Positions 10,690 through 21,277 of a stretch of DNA of 64,000 nucleotides are shown here, piece after piece (the first letter of the stretch is position 1; each line of letters begins with the position of its first letter). This DNA comes from Candidatus Methanomethylicia archaeon (lineage in GTDB: Archaea > Thermoproteota > Methanomethylicia > CALHIW01): the NCBI GenBank assembly GCA_038845975.1, contig JAWBQF010000001.1, positions 112,339 to 176,338 of the forward strand, given 5' to 3'. The notes under the pieces were generated by a model. The model was given only the letters and a program-made list of their open reading frames with translations, was not told the origin of the DNA and did no database searches. The translations under genes and the position numbers were made by a program.

Positions 10690-11474
10690 ATAATCACCGT
10701 TCCGGAGATGCCGTTAATAGCCTTAGTTACAGGATTACTAGTGTATCCTGAAGCAATAATAGCTTTTCCAACACCCATTTTAACAGCATTAGCTGCAACC
10801 ATAACTTTTCTATTCATTCCGAAACCTATAGATTTTAATGTAGAATCAATATCTTGAATCCTAATTACATCAGCTTTCTTACCGTTAATTATTACTCCCT
10901 CAACATCAGTAAGGAATATAAGGGATGATGCCTTAATAGATGAAGCTATACTTGAAGCTACACTATCAGCATCAACATTAAGAAACTCATAATCTAAACT
11001 CATAGCAACAGGAGCTATTACAGGTATGTATCCATTACCAACAAGCATATTGAGAACACCTACATTTACCAATTCTATCTTGCCACTATAATCACCGTTT
11101 ATAGCAACCATTCTACCTCTTTCATCAACAATTATAAGTTTCTTCTTACGCTTAGCTATTAGAAGACTTAGATCAACACCGCATAGACCTATAGTTTTTA
11201 ATCCATACTTAGCTAGTGATAGAACAACACTCTTATTTATTAATCCAGCCATTACCATAAGATATATTTTAATATCCTCACCATCAGTATAGCGACTCCT
11301 AATACCCTCAGGTGAAACAACAAAAACCTGTTTCTTACCTATTTTCTCAGCTATTTTCGTAACTTCATCTCCACCACCATGAACTATTACAATACCCTCA
11401 CTAATACTCTTTAAATCCTCAGCAATATTGCTGAGATTATTTAGTAGCTCACCGCCTATTTTAACAACTATCAT
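10686..11474 (-). CDS. lysZ: [LysW]-aminoadipate/glutamate kinase
   Basis: VVKIGG, VHGGG, SPEGIRSRYT, GMNRK. Confidence 0.92.
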   Translation of the reverse strand: MIVVKIGGELLNNLSNIAEDLKSISEGIVIVHGGGDEVTKIAEKIGKKQVFVVSPEGIRSRYTDGEDIKIYLMVMAGLINKSVVLSLAKYGLKTIGLCGVDLSLLIAKRKKKLIIVDERGRMVAINGDYSGKIELVNVGVLNMLVGNGYIPVIAPVAMSLDYEFLNVDADSVASSIASSIKASSLIFLTDVEGVIINGKKADVIRIQDIDSTLKSIGFGMNRKVMVAANAVKMGVGKAIIASGYTSNPVTKAINGISGTVIM

Positions 11475-11482
11475 TAAACCAC

Positions 11483-12535
11483 CTAGATTGGATGAATAGA
11501 TGGGATTTTAAGCCCTTTTCCCTCATCAACTCCAATCATGATATTCATGTTTTGAACCGCTTGACCTGCAGCTCCCTTCATTAAGTTATCTATTGCAGAG
11601 AAAACAACAATCCTACCTATTCTCTCATCAACTTCAAACCCGATATCACAGTAGTTTGATCCAATAACATATTTAGGATCTGGAAGCTTCTGTAAGCCTT
11701 TTGAATCTTTGATAAGCCTTATGAATGAGCAATCCCTATAGAATCTCCTATAGGCTCTCCATAAATCGATTTCCTGAATTCTTTTTAGAGTGAAGAGATG
11801 ACATGTTGATAATATACCTCTAACAAGATCTACTGCATGGGGAGTCATAGCTACATTAACATTACTGTTTAATATTAAGCTTAGTTCCTGCTCAATTTCA
11901 GCTATATGTCTATGCGATGTGGGCTTATATGGTCTTACAACACCACAACGTTCAGAATGATGGGAATATATTGAGGATGATGAACCTGCACCTGAGGAAC
12001 CTATTTTAACATCTACAATTATTCTAGAGGTATCAATGAATTCCGTTTTAATAAGTGGTGCAAGTGCAAGTATTACGCTTGTAGCCATACATCCAGGATT
12101 AGCTACTAGTCTTGCTTTAGCTATTTCACTTCTATGTATTTCAGGTAGCCCATATACTGATTCACTGAGAAGATTAGGATATGGATGTTTCCATCCATAC
12201 CATTTCTCGTAGGCATTAGGATCTTTAAGTCTAAAATCAGCACTTAAATCAATAACTCTTAAGCCAAGCTCAAGAAGTCTAGGTATAATCTTAACTGATG
12301 AACCGTGGGGAACAGCTGTGAAGACAATATCGCACCTCTTAGATATATTATCTAGATCTACATCTGTAAATCTTAAATCTGTTAGCCCCCTTAGATTTGG
12401 ATGAACTCTAAAAACATATTCTCCCTTAAACCTACGTGAAGTAACAACTGTAACATTTAAATCTTCACGTAGTAGTAAAAGTCTTAAAAGCTCTCCTCCA
12501 ACATATCCTGAACCACCTACTACTCCAATATTCAT
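11483..12535 (-). CDS. lysY: [LysW]-aminoadipyl/glutamyl-phosphate reductase (ArgC family)
   Basis: GGSGYVG, DLSADFRL, ANPGCMAT, DNLMKGAAGQA. Confidence 0.93.
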   Translation of the reverse strand: MNIGVVGGSGYVGGELLRLLLLREDLNVTVVTSRRFKGEYVFRVHPNLRGLTDLRFTDVDLDNISKRCDIVFTAVPHGSSVKIIPRLLELGLRVIDLSADFRLKDPNAYEKWYGWKHPYPNLLSESVYGLPEIHRSEIAKARLVANPGCMATSVILALAPLIKTEFIDTSRIIVDVKIGSSGAGSSSSIYSHHSERCGVVRPYKPTSHRHIAEIEQELSLILNSNVNVAMTPHAVDLVRGILSTCHLFTLKRIQEIDLWRAYRRFYRDCSFIRLIKDSKGLQKLPDPKYVIGSNYCDIGFEVDERIGRIVVFSAIDNLMKGAAGQAVQNMNIMIGVDEGKGLKIPSIHPI

Positions 12536-12540
12536 ATTAT

Positions 12541-13386
12541 CTACCTCTTTAAACCGGCTAGATAATCAACAATTCGTCCAGCAACATCAACACCTGACGC
12601 TTCACTTACACCTTTAAACTCAACATTAGCATTAACTTCATGTACAAGCAAACCACGATCACTCTCCATACAGTCAATACCTAAAACCCCTCCACCCATA
12701 GCCTCAGCAACCCTACAAGCTAAATCTTCAAGCTCACTTGTTAAATCACATTTCTCAGCTCTACCACCTCTAGCAATATTTGTACGCCACTCACCATTCG
12801 TAGAGTATCTATACTCAGCAGCAATAGGCTCTAATCCAACTGTAACAATACGTATATCTCTAGGGGGACGCTTAACAAATTCTTGAATATAAAATATTTC
12901 ATGTAAGGGATTATGAAGCTCACTCTTCAACTCAATAACCGACTTAGCAGTTTCAAAATCCTTAACGAGAGATACTAGTCTACCCCAACTACCAAATATC
13001 GGCTTTATTACAGCATAGTAGTTAAATATTTCTAAAGCCTTTAATGCTGATTCTGGATGAAGTGCAATTATAGTTTTAGGAGTAGGTATACTGCATGATT
13101 TAAGCTTTAAAGTTGTTAAAAGCTTATTACCACATATCATAGATACATTAAAGCTATTAATAACTTTAACATTCATGTTTTCAAGTATAGCTGTTAAATA
13201 TAGTCCACGGAAATAGCTAATACATCTCTGAAACACTACATCAGCTAAATTAATATTTGAAGATGATAAATCTAAAACTAGGTTTTTAGCATCTATAGGC
13301 TTAATGCTTAATCCTCTTCTTGAAGCTGCTTCAAGTATTTTCTTCTCCTCCCATCTTATTACATCATATATTAACGCTATATCCAC
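12541..13386 (-). CDS. lysX: LysW ligase LysX/ArgX (ATP-grasp)
   Basis: YDVIRWEEK, KPIFGSWGR, WRTNIARGG, HEVNANVEF; start moved to GTG 13386, which has a TATA-like tract about 25 nt upstream. Confidence 0.9.
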   Translation of the reverse strand: MDIALIYDVIRWEEKKILEAASRRGLSIKPIDAKNLVLDLSSSNINLADVVFQRCISYFRGLYLTAILENMNVKVINSFNVSMICGNKLLTTLKLKSCSIPTPKTIIALHPESALKALEIFNYYAVIKPIFGSWGRLVSLVKDFETAKSVIELKSELHNPLHEIFYIQEFVKRPPRDIRIVTVGLEPIAAEYRYSTNGEWRTNIARGGRAEKCDLTSELEDLACRVAEAMGGGVLGIDCMESDRGLLVHEVNANVEFKGVSEASGVDVAGRIVDYLAGLKR

Positions 13387-13540
13387 TCGGAGACATAGTT
13401 TAAAGTAGATATTATAGATTATGTATTGCATAGGACTACTCTTAAAGGGGTAAGTTCTACATGTAACTTAAATCTAGAAGCTACTCCTCACTTATAGCGT
13501 CTTCCTAAGACTTTATGAAGCTCTAGGAATCTTATAAATA

Positions 13541-13714
13541 CTATTCGCCCCAGTCCTCACCTTCAATTTCGGTAGGCTTAATTACTACTTCACCATTACT
13601 TATTGATTCAATCTCATATGGAGAACCGCAGTCAGGACATGTTACAATTTCACCTATTACTGCATCTTCAGGTATGTTTACTTCACCCTCACATTGAAGA
13701 CATAAAGCCTTCAT
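13541..13714 (-). CDS. lysW: amino-group carrier protein LysW
   Basis: CxxC...CxxC zinc ribbon ending EDWGE; SD GAGGTG upstream of ATG 13714. Confidence 0.97.
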   Translation of the reverse strand: MKALCLQCEGEVNIPEDAVIGEIVTCPDCGSPYEIESISNGEVVIKPTEIEGEDWGE

Positions 13715-14137
13715 CAACATCACCTCTAAAACACTATTTCAGAGTGGCTTTAAACATTACTAGTGGAAAACTTAACGAATTCTTCACTCTTAAAGTAGGC
13801 AATGTAACAGTTTAGCAACATGTGTTGAGTATAGAATACTATAAACGCTAAACCATAAACAGTTCAGATACGTTTACAAGACTTAGTGGTAAGCAAATTA
13901 TGAAATATTAAAGCTCAATATTATACACTTACATCATCAATACTGAAAACTACAATATTTAATGAAAACCAACTTCTAAGATATGATGATTGATACTTCA
14001 TAGGATCTTAATAGAATGATGTGGCTTCACCTTAAAGACTTAAGCTATAACAATAGCAATGCTAACCCATAAACCACCAGTAAAGTCCAATTGCAGAAGA
14101 TATTAACATTAATAGTAGTGTAAATTACTGATTAGCT

Positions 14138-14554
14138 TTAATGTTGTCTTAATACTATTAAGGTATTTGTATGTGTAATACCGTTTAAAGATCTAACTTC
14201 ATCTATAACCTTATTAAGGTATGCTATATCAGGACCAGATACGAGAACAGCTATATCAAACTGTCCTGTAACCTCGTAAACCCATTCAACGCCTTTAATA
14301 TTTCTTATTTCTTGAGCTATTTTAGGATTTGGTATTGCAGGAGTTGATGAAATGAGAATCAATGCTTTAACACTCGGCTCAGAAATTTCAACGGTAAATC
14401 TTTTAATAATTCCTGAATTTATTAACTTCCTAATTCTCTTCCTAACAGCTCCTTCAGATAAATTAAGCTGCTTAGCAATATCAACAAACGATGTTCTTGA
14501 ATCCTTTTTTAATATTTCAATTATCTTTCTATCCTTATTATCAACACTCATCAT
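14138..14554 (-). CDS. lysM: Lrp/AsnC regulator, LysM-like
   Basis: DNKDRKIIEILKKDSRTSFVDIAKQLNLSEGAVRKRI HTH plus RAM domain; lies upstream of lysW. Confidence 0.8.
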   Translation of the reverse strand: MMSVDNKDRKIIEILKKDSRTSFVDIAKQLNLSEGAVRKRIRKLINSGIIKRFTVEISEPSVKALILISSTPAIPNPKIAQEIRNIKGVEWVYEVTGQFDIAVLVSGPDIAYLNKVIDEVRSLNGITHTNTLIVLRQH

Positions 14555-14597
14555 TATAATTGAAAATACGAGTATAAAAAGCTATATGTTGTGGTTA

Positions 14598-15320
14598 AGA
14601 CTTGTTAACTTAAGCATGTTTTATCACCTCTATTTTGGCTTTGTGTTTCTATGAATTCCTTAGCTTTTATTTTCCTGTTAATCCATGTTTCGTTCAGTAT
14701 GTATATTATTGATTTTATAAGCATTAATACATGTTCACCATCACATCTATCCTTCATGCATGGTATATAGTTATCGAATAGCTTAGTTCTATCCTTAACA
14801 TACTGTATTATTCCCTCCATTAGTTCTAACCTCTAAACTATATAATTCATGTTTTAATTTTAATATTCTACATGATGCTTTACAATAATGTGCTCCATCA
14901 CTTAATACAACTATATTAGAACCATAGATAGCTCTAATTTTCTTAAGGAATGCTAGTGATGTAAGCATGTTTGCAACATCGCAAACCCATATGTAGAGAA
15001 TCCTCCTCAATAATGGCTCAAACGCAGCATAAATAACCTTACTCTTAGAACCTACACCAATAATAGCATCATCAACCACAATCCTAACATCCCTCCTATC
15101 AAAATCAATAGAAGATTAAGATAAACCACGATAATATAGAATAACTCCTAATAACAATAAACTAAATATCCAAAGCCATCCTAGAAGAACGAAAACATAT
15201 ATAAGCAACATAAACAACTAGAGTAAATGGAGTTCTCCCCCTACAAGCTTAACAACTTTAACCATAATTCACCATAAATAAGGGAGAGAACTCCCAAATA
15301 AATCTGAAGTTAACAAAGCC
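14598..15320 (-). mobile_element. decayed IS6-type element, family A copy 1
   Basis: TIRs about GGCTTTGTTAACTT at both ends; frameshifted DDE fragments (VDD..IYAAFEP, LSDGAHY, E..IQYVKDRTK). Confidence 0.85.
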
Positions 15321-15326
15321 GAGTAA

Positions 15327-15376
15327 GGAATGGAAAACTTGACGTATTGTAGCTTTCCTACTAAGTTAACAGGTTT
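15327..15376. mobile_element. degenerate copy of the 50-bp mini-MITE
   Basis: Ungapped alignment to 52546-52595, about 34/50 identical by hand, with core TATTGTAGCTTTC. Confidence 0.6.
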
Positions 15377-15397
15377 AAAGTAAAGCTAATTAAACTT

Positions 15398-18070
15398 TTA
15401 CGTTATTTTTATTTTAAGAATTTTTCGAATTTCATCAACTACAAGCATGACTAAGGGAGCTATAGCCATATAGGCAAAAATCTCTAAAGGTAATGGAACC
15501 GCTGAGAAAGCAATATTGATCGGTGTATAAATAACTATAAGCTGAAGTATTAATGATATTAGTAATGTAGGGATAAGCCATTTATTTCCAGGTAGTCTCC
15601 AAATATTAATATTCTCACTTCTAGAGGCCAAAGCTCTACCGAACTCTGAGAGCACTAAAGCTGTAAATGCAGCTGTCTGAGCAAATTGACGCCCGAAACT
15701 TAATAAACTAGAAAATAGCGTTATAACAAAGATACCTAAGATAGTGCCCATAGCTATGTAGTACATGAGCTTCCTTTTAGTTATGAATCTCTCTTTAGCT
15801 GATCTAGGAGGTTTTTCAAGTATTCCAGGTTCAGCAGGTTCGAAGCCTAATGCCACCGCTGGAAGAGCATCTGTTACAACGTTAATCCATAGCAGATGTA
15901 CTGGTTTAAGAATTGCAGGTAATCTAAGCAACTCAGCACCGAAGACTGTAGCAACCTCACCTAAATTACATGTAAGTAGGTAGTTAATAGGTTTCTTGAG
16001 GTTTTCGAAGATAATCCTACCTTCCTTAATAGCCTCAACTATAGTTACAAAGTTATCGTCTAGCAATACTAATTGGGAAGCTTCTTTAGCAACTTCAGTT
16101 CCCTTAATACCCATTGCAATACCTATGTCAGCCATCTTAAGTGCTGGTGCATCATTAACCCCATCACCAGTCATAGCTACCCTATAACCTTTGCTTTTCA
16201 GTATTTTAACTATTCTAGCCTTATGCTCAGGTGTTACTCTTGCATAAACATTAATCTTATCCACTACATTAGCAAACTCACCGTCACTCATTGCCTCTAA
16301 CTCTTTACCTTCAAGAATGTTTTCCTCACTAACATCTAGTCCAATCATCTTACTAATAGCCATAGCTGTTAGTTTATGATCGCCAGTAACCATTACAACC
16401 TTAATACCTGCTCTCCTACATACATCTACAGCTTCTTTAACACCTTCTCTAGGGGGATCGATAATACCTAAAACAGCTAGGAATGTTAGCTCCCTTTCTA
16501 CATCTTCTACATTCTCAGGTATATAATCTATTAATTTATAAGCAACACCAAATGTTCTATAGCCGCTTGAGGCAAGCTCAGTTACATAATCAATAATACG
16601 TTTCCTAGTTTCAAAAGTTATATTATCCTCAGCTCCATTATTCCTTACCCTGCTTGAAATATCTAGGAGCATTTCAGGTGCACCTGAAGATATTACTAAG
16701 TACTTGCCGTCGGCTTCATGTATTGTTGTCTTTCTCTTCCTGAACCTGTCGAATGGAAAGACTTTAACAATCCCGTATTTCCCTACTGCTACCTTAACAT
16801 TCTCATCACCTAACCCCTTATATGCAAGGGCTAGAGCAGCTCCTTCAGTTGGGGATCCTAAAACCTTCCATTGACCTTCCTCAAAAACTAGTTTAACATC
16901 TGGTACTGTATGGATGGCTAGGGATTCCAGTAATAGTTTAATGTCATCTTTATTATCTATGCCTTCAGTAAGTCTTAAATCGCCTTTCGGCTCGAAACCA
17001 CTACCGGAAATCTCATATGTAGCATTCATCATTTTAATTACTTTAACGGTCATCTCGGCCTTAGTTATAGTACCAGTTTTATCACTGCAAATTATGTTGC
17101 AAGCACCTAACCCCTCAACAGCTGCTAACCTTCTAACTAATGCATTCTTAGAGGCCATTCTTCTAGCACCTACAGCAAGTATAGCTGTAGCAATAGCGGG
17201 TAGGCCTTCAGGCACAGCAGCTACACCTAAAGCTACTGCCAACATCAGAGCATCTAATATATCCATAGATTCCAGGATCATCATCATAACAAATACTATA
17301 ACACATATACCTAGAATTATTGTACCTATTCTCTTACCGAATTCATCTAATTCTATTTCGAGAGGGGTTTTTTCCTCCTTAGCTTCAACAACCATTTTAG
17401 TAATCTTACCCAATTCAGTATTCATCCCAGTAGCAACTACAACAGCTTTACCCTTACCCTTAACAATGTAAGTACCGGTAAATAACATGTTTTTCCTATC
17501 ACTAACCATGGTTTCAGGAGGTAGGGTTATGTTAGCGAGTTTAGCGATAGGAACTGATTCCCCTGTGAGTGATGATTCATCTACCTCTAAATTAACTGAT
17601 TCTATAATTCTAGCATCCGCTGGTACTCTATCACCCTCACTAAGCATTAAAATATCGCCAGGAACCAATTCAGAAGCATCAATAACTTTCTCCTCACCAC
17701 TTCTTAAAACCTTACAGGTTGGTGCTGCTAGCTTCTTTAAGGCTTCCAATGTTTTCTCAGCCCTAAACTCCTGGACAAAGCCCATTATAGCCATTATCAT
17801 AACTATTATTAAGATTGCAGTAGCATCTATGACCTCACCCAATATTAATGAAATTACTGTTGCTATTAATAGTATGCCTACTAGAAAGTTAGTAAACTGT
17901 TTCACCAGTAATTTCAAAGGACTCTTTTTCTTAGCTACCAATTCATTACGACCATAAATACGAAGTCTTTCCTCAACATCTTTACTATTCAAACCCTCTA
18001 ATCTACTATTAATCTTCTGAAACACTTCCTCAACGGTTTGGGAATGCCAAGACATAGTCATTAACAACAC
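15398..18070 (-). CDS. P-type cation ATPase (type II, Ca2+-like)
   Basis: TGES, PEGL, DKTGT, TGDGVNDAPAL. Confidence 0.95.
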   Translation of the reverse strand: MLLMTMSWHSQTVEEVFQKINSRLEGLNSKDVEERLRIYGRNELVAKKKSPLKLLVKQFTNFLVGILLIATVISLILGEVIDATAILIIVMIMAIMGFVQEFRAEKTLEALKKLAAPTCKVLRSGEEKVIDASELVPGDILMLSEGDRVPADARIIESVNLEVDESSLTGESVPIAKLANITLPPETMVSDRKNMLFTGTYIVKGKGKAVVVATGMNTELGKITKMVVEAKEEKTPLEIELDEFGKRIGTIILGICVIVFVMMMILESMDILDALMLAVALGVAAVPEGLPAIATAILAVGARRMASKNALVRRLAAVEGLGACNIICSDKTGTITKAEMTVKVIKMMNATYEISGSGFEPKGDLRLTEGIDNKDDIKLLLESLAIHTVPDVKLVFEEGQWKVLGSPTEGAALALAYKGLGDENVKVAVGKYGIVKVFPFDRFRKRKTTIHEADGKYLVISSGAPEMLLDISSRVRNNGAEDNITFETRKRIIDYVTELASSGYRTFGVAYKLIDYIPENVEDVERELTFLAVLGIIDPPREGVKEAVDVCRRAGIKVVMVTGDHKLTAMAISKMIGLDVSEENILEGKELEAMSDGEFANVVDKINVYARVTPEHKARIVKILKSKGYRVAMTGDGVNDAPALKMADIGIAMGIKGTEVAKEASQLVLLDDNFVTIVEAIKEGRIIFENLKKPINYLLTCNLGEVATVFGAELLRLPAILKPVHLLWINVVTDALPAVALGFEPAEPGILEKPPRSAKERFITKRKLMYYIAMGTILGIFVITLFSSLLSFGRQFAQTAAFTALVLSEFGRALASRSENINIWRLPGNKWLIPTLLISLILQLIVIYTPINIAFSAVPLPLEIFAYMAIAPLVMLVVDEIRKILKIKIT

Positions 18071-18536
18071 AAAGCCTAATAGAAAGTATTGGCTTAAAAG
18101 GATTATGTTATTTCCCCTAATGAATGTTGCTATTAGCTAGTTACATGTTACTCTAGATCTTCCCACGTATGTCTTCATGTAAGTTTAGGTTTCATTTAAT
18201 GTAGAAAAGCTTTACTTCTCGCTACTTCATGTTTAAGCCTTGAGAAGCCTCTAAACTAGTTGTAGTATTCACATGTGGGCTCTGAGGTAGAACAATTCTT
18301 AGCAAGCGATTTAGATAAATCATAAAGAAATGCCTGCTCTAAACATCATTTTGTATGCCAAATATTTTACTAACAGTTGGAATAATTCCATTTATCTGGT
18401 TTATATGTCCTAGAAGTATAGTTAATAGTTCTCGGTATGAATCATTAAATGTTAAATCATTAAATCTGTAAACCATACTATACATTAGGTAATAATACAA
18501 GCAAAATAATATACATTACCATAATGATGGTTATTA

Positions 18537-19994
18537 CTATGAATTGACATTAATTATATTGGCTACTGCATTACTGAGTTTAAGCTCATATTCCTTAAGG
18601 CTCTTAGCTAGATTGTTAAAGTATTCTTCATCTTCTACCAAAGCTTTAAGTCTTACATTAATGGCTTTACTTACTATTCCAGGAGATGGACCGCCAATAA
18701 CGCTATGTAGATCTACAATGTAAACCGGATTAAGTATTTTTGAAACATCATCTATGCTTACATTAACTCCATATTTACTTAAAGCTTCTACTATCTCATC
18801 TGCTATTAAAGTATTTCTATCTCTAAGTATTGATCCAACTATTCTATGAGATTCCCTAAACGAAATACCGCTTCTAACTAGAAGATTTGCAAGCTCAGTT
18901 GCTGCTGACATACCTTTTCTAACAGTCTCAATCAACCTATCAGTATTAAACTTCATCTTTAAAACAGCATCAATCATTACATCTAGAGTTGATGAAACGA
19001 TACTACATGCACTCCATAAATGCGGAGTTACTTCTTGAAGATCTAAATTGTAGCTTAGTGGTAGGGCTTTAAGTATTGTTAATATAGCTGTAAGATCTCC
19101 ATAGATACTACCTGTTTTCGCTCTTACAAGCTCAGCAATAACTGGATTTCTTTTCTGAGGCATTATGCTACTTGTAGATACAAGTTCATCTGGAAGATTT
19201 ATGAAGCCAAATTCTAGGGTATTCCATAAAATTATCTCCTCTGCAAAGCTACTTAGATTAGTCATAATTAAAGATAAGGTGAAGACTGCTTCAGCTATAA
19301 AGTCTCTTGAGGATACAGCATCTATAGAGTTCTCTACTAATCCGTTAAACCCTAGAAGCTCAGCAACTCTAAATCTATCTATGTTGAAGCTTGATGTTGC
19401 AAGTGCAGCAGCACCCATGGGACTAATATTAACCCTACTGTAAACCTCCTTAATACGGTCAATATCCCTCTTAAGCCTATCGTGATGAGCAAGTAAAAGA
19501 TGAGATACGGTTATTGGCTGTGCATGTTGGAGATGAGTATATCCAGGCATTACAGCATCTATAAGTTCACAGCATCTCTTTAAAATAGCCTTTCTTAAAC
19601 CTATAAGCTTGAAAGCTATATTTAATAGTTCACTACGTAAAGCCATTCTAATAGCTGTTGCAACCTGATCATTTCTACTCTTAGCAATATTAACATTACC
19701 TCCAATACTATAGCCAAGCTTACTGATAATGTAGGATTCAAGATTCATATGTATATCTTCAAGCATAGGGTCAAGCTTGAAGTCGGTAAGCTCATTAAGA
19801 ACCTTTAAAATCTGGGAGGATTCATTCTCTTTCAGAATGTTTCTCTCAGTAAGCATTACTACATGTGCTTTAACGATATCGATAACATACTTCTTAATCT
19901 TTTCATCAGCTAAAATCGAAGAGGTATATTCAGCAATTTTTCCACTAGGCTTATCAATTATGATTCCGCCACGTAATATATCGTTTAGCGACAT
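18537..19994 (-). CDS. argH: argininosuccinate lyase
   Basis: EDIH, SRNDQVATAIR, MPGYTHLQHAQP, SSIMPQKRNP. Confidence 0.97.
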   Translation of the reverse strand: MSLNDILRGGIIIDKPSGKIAEYTSSILADEKIKKYVIDIVKAHVVMLTERNILKENESSQILKVLNELTDFKLDPMLEDIHMNLESYIISKLGYSIGGNVNIAKSRNDQVATAIRMALRSELLNIAFKLIGLRKAILKRCCELIDAVMPGYTHLQHAQPITVSHLLLAHHDRLKRDIDRIKEVYSRVNISPMGAAALATSSFNIDRFRVAELLGFNGLVENSIDAVSSRDFIAEAVFTLSLIMTNLSSFAEEIILWNTLEFGFINLPDELVSTSSIMPQKRNPVIAELVRAKTGSIYGDLTAILTILKALPLSYNLDLQEVTPHLWSACSIVSSTLDVMIDAVLKMKFNTDRLIETVRKGMSAATELANLLVRSGISFRESHRIVGSILRDRNTLIADEIVEALSKYGVNVSIDDVSKILNPVYIVDLHSVIGGPSPGIVSKAINVRLKALVEDEEYFNNLAKSLKEYELKLSNAVANIINVNS

Positions 19995-21190
19995 AAATTA
20001 TGCTTTAAAAACTGATATGAAACTACTGATTGAAGGCCCCAAAGCTCTATAAATCCTTTAGCATAGGATTGATTAAATGTACTCCACTCCTCATATGTTG
20101 ATAGCTTTAAGTCATATATTGAGTAGGGTGAAGATCTACCAACAACAGTAGCTAAGCCCTTAAATAGCTTAATTCTAACTTCACCATCAACTCTCTTCTG
20201 CGTCTCGTTTATGAAGGCTTCAAGATCAAGCCTTAACGGTTCAATCCAGAGACCAGTATAAACAAGATATGTCCACCACTGCTCAGTAATCTGTTTAAAC
20301 ATTATTTCATTTCTTGTTAAAACCATTTTCTCAAGGTCTTTATGAGCTTCAATAATGGTAAGTGCAGCTGGACATTCATAAACTTCCCTCGACTTAATTC
20401 CTACAAGTCTATCTTCGATATGATCAATTCTACCAATACCATGCCTACCAGCAATATTATTTAAATACTTTATTAACGAGACTGAATCCATAGATTCACC
20501 ATTAATATCTACCGGTACACCATTCTTAAACCCTATGGTAATGTATTCAGGAGTATTTGGAGCTTTATCCGGGTTTACAGTCCATTCAAAAGCATCTTCC
20601 GGAGGCTCAACTTCAGGATTCTCTATTGGACCACACTCAATAGATCTACCCCAAAGATTCTGATCTATACTATATGGGTTAGTTTTAATCTTTACAGGAA
20701 TACCCTTAAGTCTAGCATACTCTAACTCACTACTTCTCGTTAGACCCCACTCTCTAACTGGAGCTATGATTTTCATAGCTGGATTTAAAGCCTTTAAAGT
20801 AACCTCAAATCTTACCTGATCATTACCCTTACCAGTACAACCATGAGCTACAGCATCAGCATCTTCCTTAGCTGCTACTTCAATAAGTTTTGAGGCAATT
20901 AATGGTCTTGAAAGAGCACTACTAACAGGATACTTACCCTCATAAAGTGCATTAGCCTTAATAGCTGGATAAACATAGCCTTCAATAAACTCCATTCTTG
21001 CATCTATAGAGTAATGTCTTGAAGCACCTATCTTTAAAGCTTTAGCTTCAATTTCCTCTAAATCATCTCCTTGACCAACATCAACAGTTACAGTAATAAC
21101 TTCAGCATTATACTTTTCCTGGAGCCACTTAATAGCTACAGAAGTATCTAAACCGCCAGAGTACGCTAGGACAACTCTCATATCCATCAT
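19985..21190 (-). CDS. argG: argininosuccinate synthase
   Basis: LAYSGGLDTS, AHGCTGKGNDQVRFE, KSREVYE. Confidence 0.98.
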   Translation of the reverse strand: MMDMRVVLAYSGGLDTSVAIKWLQEKYNAEVITVTVDVGQGDDLEEIEAKALKIGASRHYSIDARMEFIEGYVYPAIKANALYEGKYPVSSALSRPLIASKLIEVAAKEDADAVAHGCTGKGNDQVRFEVTLKALNPAMKIIAPVREWGLTRSSELEYARLKGIPVKIKTNPYSIDQNLWGRSIECGPIENPEVEPPEDAFEWTVNPDKAPNTPEYITIGFKNGVPVDINGESMDSVSLIKYLNNIAGRHGIGRIDHIEDRLVGIKSREVYECPAALTIIEAHKDLEKMVLTRNEIMFKQITEQWWTYLVYTGLWIEPLRLDLEAFINETQKRVDGEVRIKLFKGLATVVGRSSPYSIYDLKLSTYEEWSTFNQSYAKGFIELWGLQSVVSYQFLKHNLCR

Positions 21191-21209
21191 GATGCTACAA
21201 ATAGGAGCA

Positions 21210-21277
21210 ATAAAAACCTAATGTAGCATATGAAACAGTTTTTAAGTATTAATGTATTAAACGTAATAAGTTAATAC
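21210..21277 (-). promoter_or_regulatory. argG promoter plus boxes shared with the carB promoter
   Basis: ATAAAAACCTAATGTAGCATATGAAACA ... TTAATGTATTAAACGTAATA; same TATA spacing as carB. Confidence 0.8.

Noticed and set aside
13983-14040. C box and C'-like motif between lysM and lysW
   Set aside because: No CTGA D box at the expected position.
15765-17957. Several long plus-strand ORFs inside the ATPase (and similar antisense ORFs elsewhere)
   Set aside because: Antisense shadows of well-supported genes with no recognisable motifs.
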